Source of the DNA: a virus
Taxonomy: Duplodnaviria; Caudoviricetes
DNA length: 35,616 nt
Virus record (IMG/VR): IMGVR_UViG_3300032234_000295
Coordinates: 1-35,616 of that record
Direction: 5' to 3' (one strand)
Positions 33,498 to 35,616 of this stretch are shown here, one piece after another. Each line of letters begins with the position of its first letter. Position 1 is the first letter of the stretch. The notes under the pieces are model-generated. The model had not been told where the DNA came from. It saw nothing but the letters and a program-made list of their open reading frames with translations, and did no database searches. The position numbers were made by a program, and so were the translations under genes.

Positions 33498-33856
33498 TAC
33501 TGTGCTCCAGTAATGTCATCAGTTACTGTTATTGAGCCTCTCAGCAGGGTATAAACAAGAGTGCCGTTTGAAACCTGAACGTCATAAACCCAAGTTCCAG
33601 GAGTTAGTGCTCTTCCAGTAACAACGTCTATCGTACAAGTAATAATGTCATCTGCAGTGTTTACGATTGCAGTCAAAGTGTTTGGGGTAGTTGAAGAAAA
33701 TTGCGTAGCACCAGAGCCAGCTCTATTTGCAATTGTAAAGATTGCTGAATAACCATCTAGCTGAAAGTTAGCACCACTTTCATTTCTTGGTCTAATTATA
33801 AACTGATAGGTATCGCCACGGTAGTAGCTAAAATCATATGTGCCTGGAAATGCCAT
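33497..33856 (-). CDS. Small Ig-like / BppU-N-like virion protein (119 aa)
   Basis: YRGDT...YDVQV....YTLLRGSITV..DIT pattern; SD AAGGAG. Confidence 0.68.
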   Translation of the reverse strand: MAFPGTYDFSYYRGDTYQFIIRPRNESGANFQLDGYSAIFTIANRAGSGATQFSSTTPNTLTAIVNTADDIITCTIDVVTGRALTPGTWVYDVQVSNGTLVYTLLRGSITVTDDITGAQ

Positions 33857-33873
33857 TATTACTCCTTGTTAAA

Positions 33874-33884
33874 ATTATACCACA
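33874..33884 (-). promoter_or_regulatory. Extended -10 promoter TGTGGTATAAT
   Basis: Plus strand attataccaca. Confidence 0.75.
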
Positions 33885-33885
33885 G

Positions 33886-34188
33886 CTAGTAAGCGCCCAT
33901 TATGTTTAGCTTTTCGTTGTTGTCTATTTTGTCAACAAGAGCTTCATCAAAAGAAACGGTTTGTGTTTCAGCGTCATAGATAATTGGAAATATAGCAGAT
34001 ACTACTCCAGGCTCTCCCTGAATACCCTGCTCACCTTGGGGTCCTGTATCTCCTGGAGGACCTTCTGGTCCTGTTGGACCAAGACCTGCTACAGATTCCC
34101 ACACAACCCCAGTCCATCGCCAAGATCTATTTGATAAAGAATAGATGTCGTCAATGTCTGGGGAGTCAGGAAAATTTAGCGTGGGCAT
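33886..34188 (-). CDS. Short collagen-like (G-X-Y) protein (100 aa)
   Basis: GPTGPEGPPGDTGPQGEQGIQGEPG; N-terminal LNFPDSP...W.W.G..W; ends IMGAY. Confidence 0.78.
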   Translation of the reverse strand: MPTLNFPDSPDIDDIYSLSNRSWRWTGVVWESVAGLGPTGPEGPPGDTGPQGEQGIQGEPGVVSAIFPIIYDAETQTVSFDEALVDKIDNNEKLNIMGAY

Positions 34189-34194
34189 AAATAC

Positions 34195-34203
34195 ATTATA
34201 CCC
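34195..34203 (-). promoter_or_regulatory. -10 element GGGTATAAT (leaderless, lacks TG)
   Basis: TATAAT at 34200-34195, 6 nt before ATG 34188. Confidence 0.6.
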
Positions 34204-34207
34204 TATT

Positions 34208-34543
34208 TTAAATTAAGTCCCAGCTTAGTTCTTCTTCATTCCAAGTGTAAAATTCACCGTCATCAGGATAAGCTACTGGAGCTTCCCATAGTGCAGTGTC
34301 TTCATTAAGAGTCCATGAAGCGTATGGTTTTGGCGGGATAAAAGCATCAAGCTCTTCATCGTATACATAACCAACACCTGCATAGTTTTTACGAATGTTT
34401 CCATTATAGGATGTTTTAACCCATCTACCACCAAGGTTGTCAATCAGCCACTGATAGCCTTCGTCTCCGTTTGGATCGTTGTTGTCTCCAACAAGAACTC
34501 TAGTAACTACACTATTTTCATTTAATTCTGCCCAATGAGCCAT
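34208..34543 (-). CDS. Phage hypothetical protein (111 aa), possible chaperone for glycine-rich fibre-tip proteins
   Basis: MAHWAEL.E...V.RV.V...W..TSYN..IRKNYAG.GY.YD...DAFIPPKPY.SW; follows glycine-rich genes. Confidence 0.78.
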   Translation of the reverse strand: MAHWAELNENSVVTRVLVGDNNDPNGDEGYQWLIDNLGGRWVKTSYNGNIRKNYAGVGYVYDEELDAFIPPKPYASWTLNEDTALWEAPVAYPDDGEFYTWNEEELSWDLI

Positions 34544-34558
34544 TTTTTCTCTTTTCTG

Positions 34559-35392
34559 TTATATTGTTAAATAACGAATAATTACGATACCAGATCCACC
34601 TGGACCGCTTCTTCCAGATCCTCCGCCGCCAGTGTTTGAGGATCCTGCACCTTCTAACCCTGATCCTGTTCCTCCACCGCCCTGGCCACCAGTTCCATTT
34701 GCAGTGTATGAAGAACCACCACCGCCGCCAGCATAAAAAGTAGAAACTCCAGTTATTGAAGATGATCTTCCGATTCCTCCATTACCGCTTCTAACACTAG
34801 ACTGACCAACTCCGCCAACACCACCAGCACCTCCGCCTCCACCACCAGCACCGCTTGCATCTCCAGAGTTTATTCCGTTTGCACCAGCATTTCCTTGACC
34901 AGAAACACCAGATCCTCCAACGTTGCTAGCACCAGAAAAGTTTCCTCCTCCACCACCACCAGAGCCTCCATTGCCCCCAGTTGATGGATTAGAGCCCTGC
35001 CTACTTCCTCCACGACCTCCGCCAGTTGAGGTTATAATAGATGCGAATGAAGAATTTTGACCGTTTGTTGCAGGAGATCCCCCTGCCCCAACTGTTATTA
35101 AGTATGAGTCTGCTGATAGTACCGTTTGTCCTTCTAACATTCCACCTGCACCACCACCACCTTCAATGTCTGCATTTCCTCCACCTCCGCCACCTGCAAC
35201 TATCAAATATTCAATAGCCAATGATGAAGTAAAAACCTGAAAGGTTCCATTGCCATTAAAAGTGTGGACTCTGTATTGATCAATATTTGTTATCACTCCT
35301 CCTAAAGCTGGAAGAAATGGTTGATTTCTTGTGATAAGATTTTTATACCAATTATTGTTAGTTATTGTAGACTCAATCATTGATTTTATCAT
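34559..35392 (-). CDS. Stand-alone glycine-rich domain protein (277 aa)
   Basis: YRVHTF...IEYLIVAGGGGGG...GGSGIVIIRY; same domain as in the 1192-aa protein. Confidence 0.8.
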   Translation of the reverse strand: MIKSMIESTITNNNWYKNLITRNQPFLPALGGVITNIDQYRVHTFNGNGTFQVFTSSLAIEYLIVAGGGGGGNADIEGGGGAGGMLEGQTVLSADSYLITVGAGGSPATNGQNSSFASIITSTGGGRGGSRQGSNPSTGGNGGSGGGGGGNFSGASNVGGSGVSGQGNAGANGINSGDASGAGGGGGGAGGVGGVGQSSVRSGNGGIGRSSSITGVSTFYAGGGGGSSYTANGTGGQGGGGTGSGLEGAGSSNTGGGGSGRSGPGGSGIVIIRYLTI

Positions 35393-35394
35393 TT

Positions 35395-35616
35395 TTATCC
35401 ACCTACCGCAGATCTTAGATACCTAATAATTACAATTCCAGAACCACCATTACCAGAAGCGCCACCAATAATATTAGTTCTTCCTCCACAACCTCCGCCG
35501 CCGCCACCTGTGTTTTGAAGACCATTTTCTGCGTTAAAAAATGGTGAGGTCGTTCCTGCACCACCAGCACCTCCGCCTCCTGCTCCACCCGCAGTCCTTG
35601 CCCTGTTTCCATCAAA
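35395..35616 (-). CDS. C-terminal 73 aa of another glycine-rich domain protein (enters from the right edge)
   Basis: My translation FDGNRARTAGGAGGGGAGGAG...NTGGGGGG...GGSGIVIIRYLRSAVGG*, stop TAA at 35397-35395. Confidence 0.8.
   Translation of the reverse strand, partial: FDGNRARTAGGAGGGGAGGAGTTSPFFNAENGLQNTGGGGGGCGGRTNIIGGASGNGGSGIVIIRYLRSAVGG

Noticed and set aside
35430-35615. 61-aa ORF listed at the right edge
   Set aside because: Wrong frame; the real frame (35395..35616) encodes the GGSGIVIIRY glycine-rich C-terminus.
1-35616. CRISPR array, diversity-generating retroelement, invertible cassette, intron/intein, integrase or alternative genetic code
   Set aside because: I saw no regularly spaced repeats, no reverse transcriptase, recombinase or homing endonuclease ORF, and no long repeat pair differing only at adenines. 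Long genes read through in the standard code with TAA and TAG stops. A computational repeat scan would be more sensitive than my reading.

Overview
This window is the virion-morphogenesis region of a tailed dsDNA phage, probably a siphovirus: it has a major tail protein and tape measure but no recognisable sheath. The DNA is AT-rich and almost all genes are on the minus strand. In transcription order (right to left) it holds about 25 kb of adhesin/fibre-like genes (glycine-rich domains, collagen-like repeats, an FN3 + thrombospondin-like Cys-rich protein, three partly paralogous giant proteins), then portal, prohead protease with a nested scaffold, major capsid, head-tail connectors, major tail protein, two tail-chaperone-like genes and the start of the tape measure. 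A plus-strand island (secreted NlpC/P60 hydrolase plus a small membrane protein) sits among the fibre genes. Leaderless starts, an MtrA/GlnR-type box and the protein repertoire suggest a low-GC actinobacterial host (inference). Main observations: (1) the usual frameshifted G/GT tail-chaperone pair appears to be replaced by two duplicated genes with separate expression signals; (2) an extended -10 promoter (TRTGnTATAAT-like) sits in nearly every intergenic gap, often starting leaderless mRNAs; (3) an FN3/TSP1-like Cys-rich protein is grouped with a chaperone-like and a CxxC protein; (4) a duplicated fibre gene is split into two expanded halves; (5) the NlpC/P60 gene has a structured leader with an MtrA-type box. 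All family assignments come from motif recognition by eye; no searches were run.
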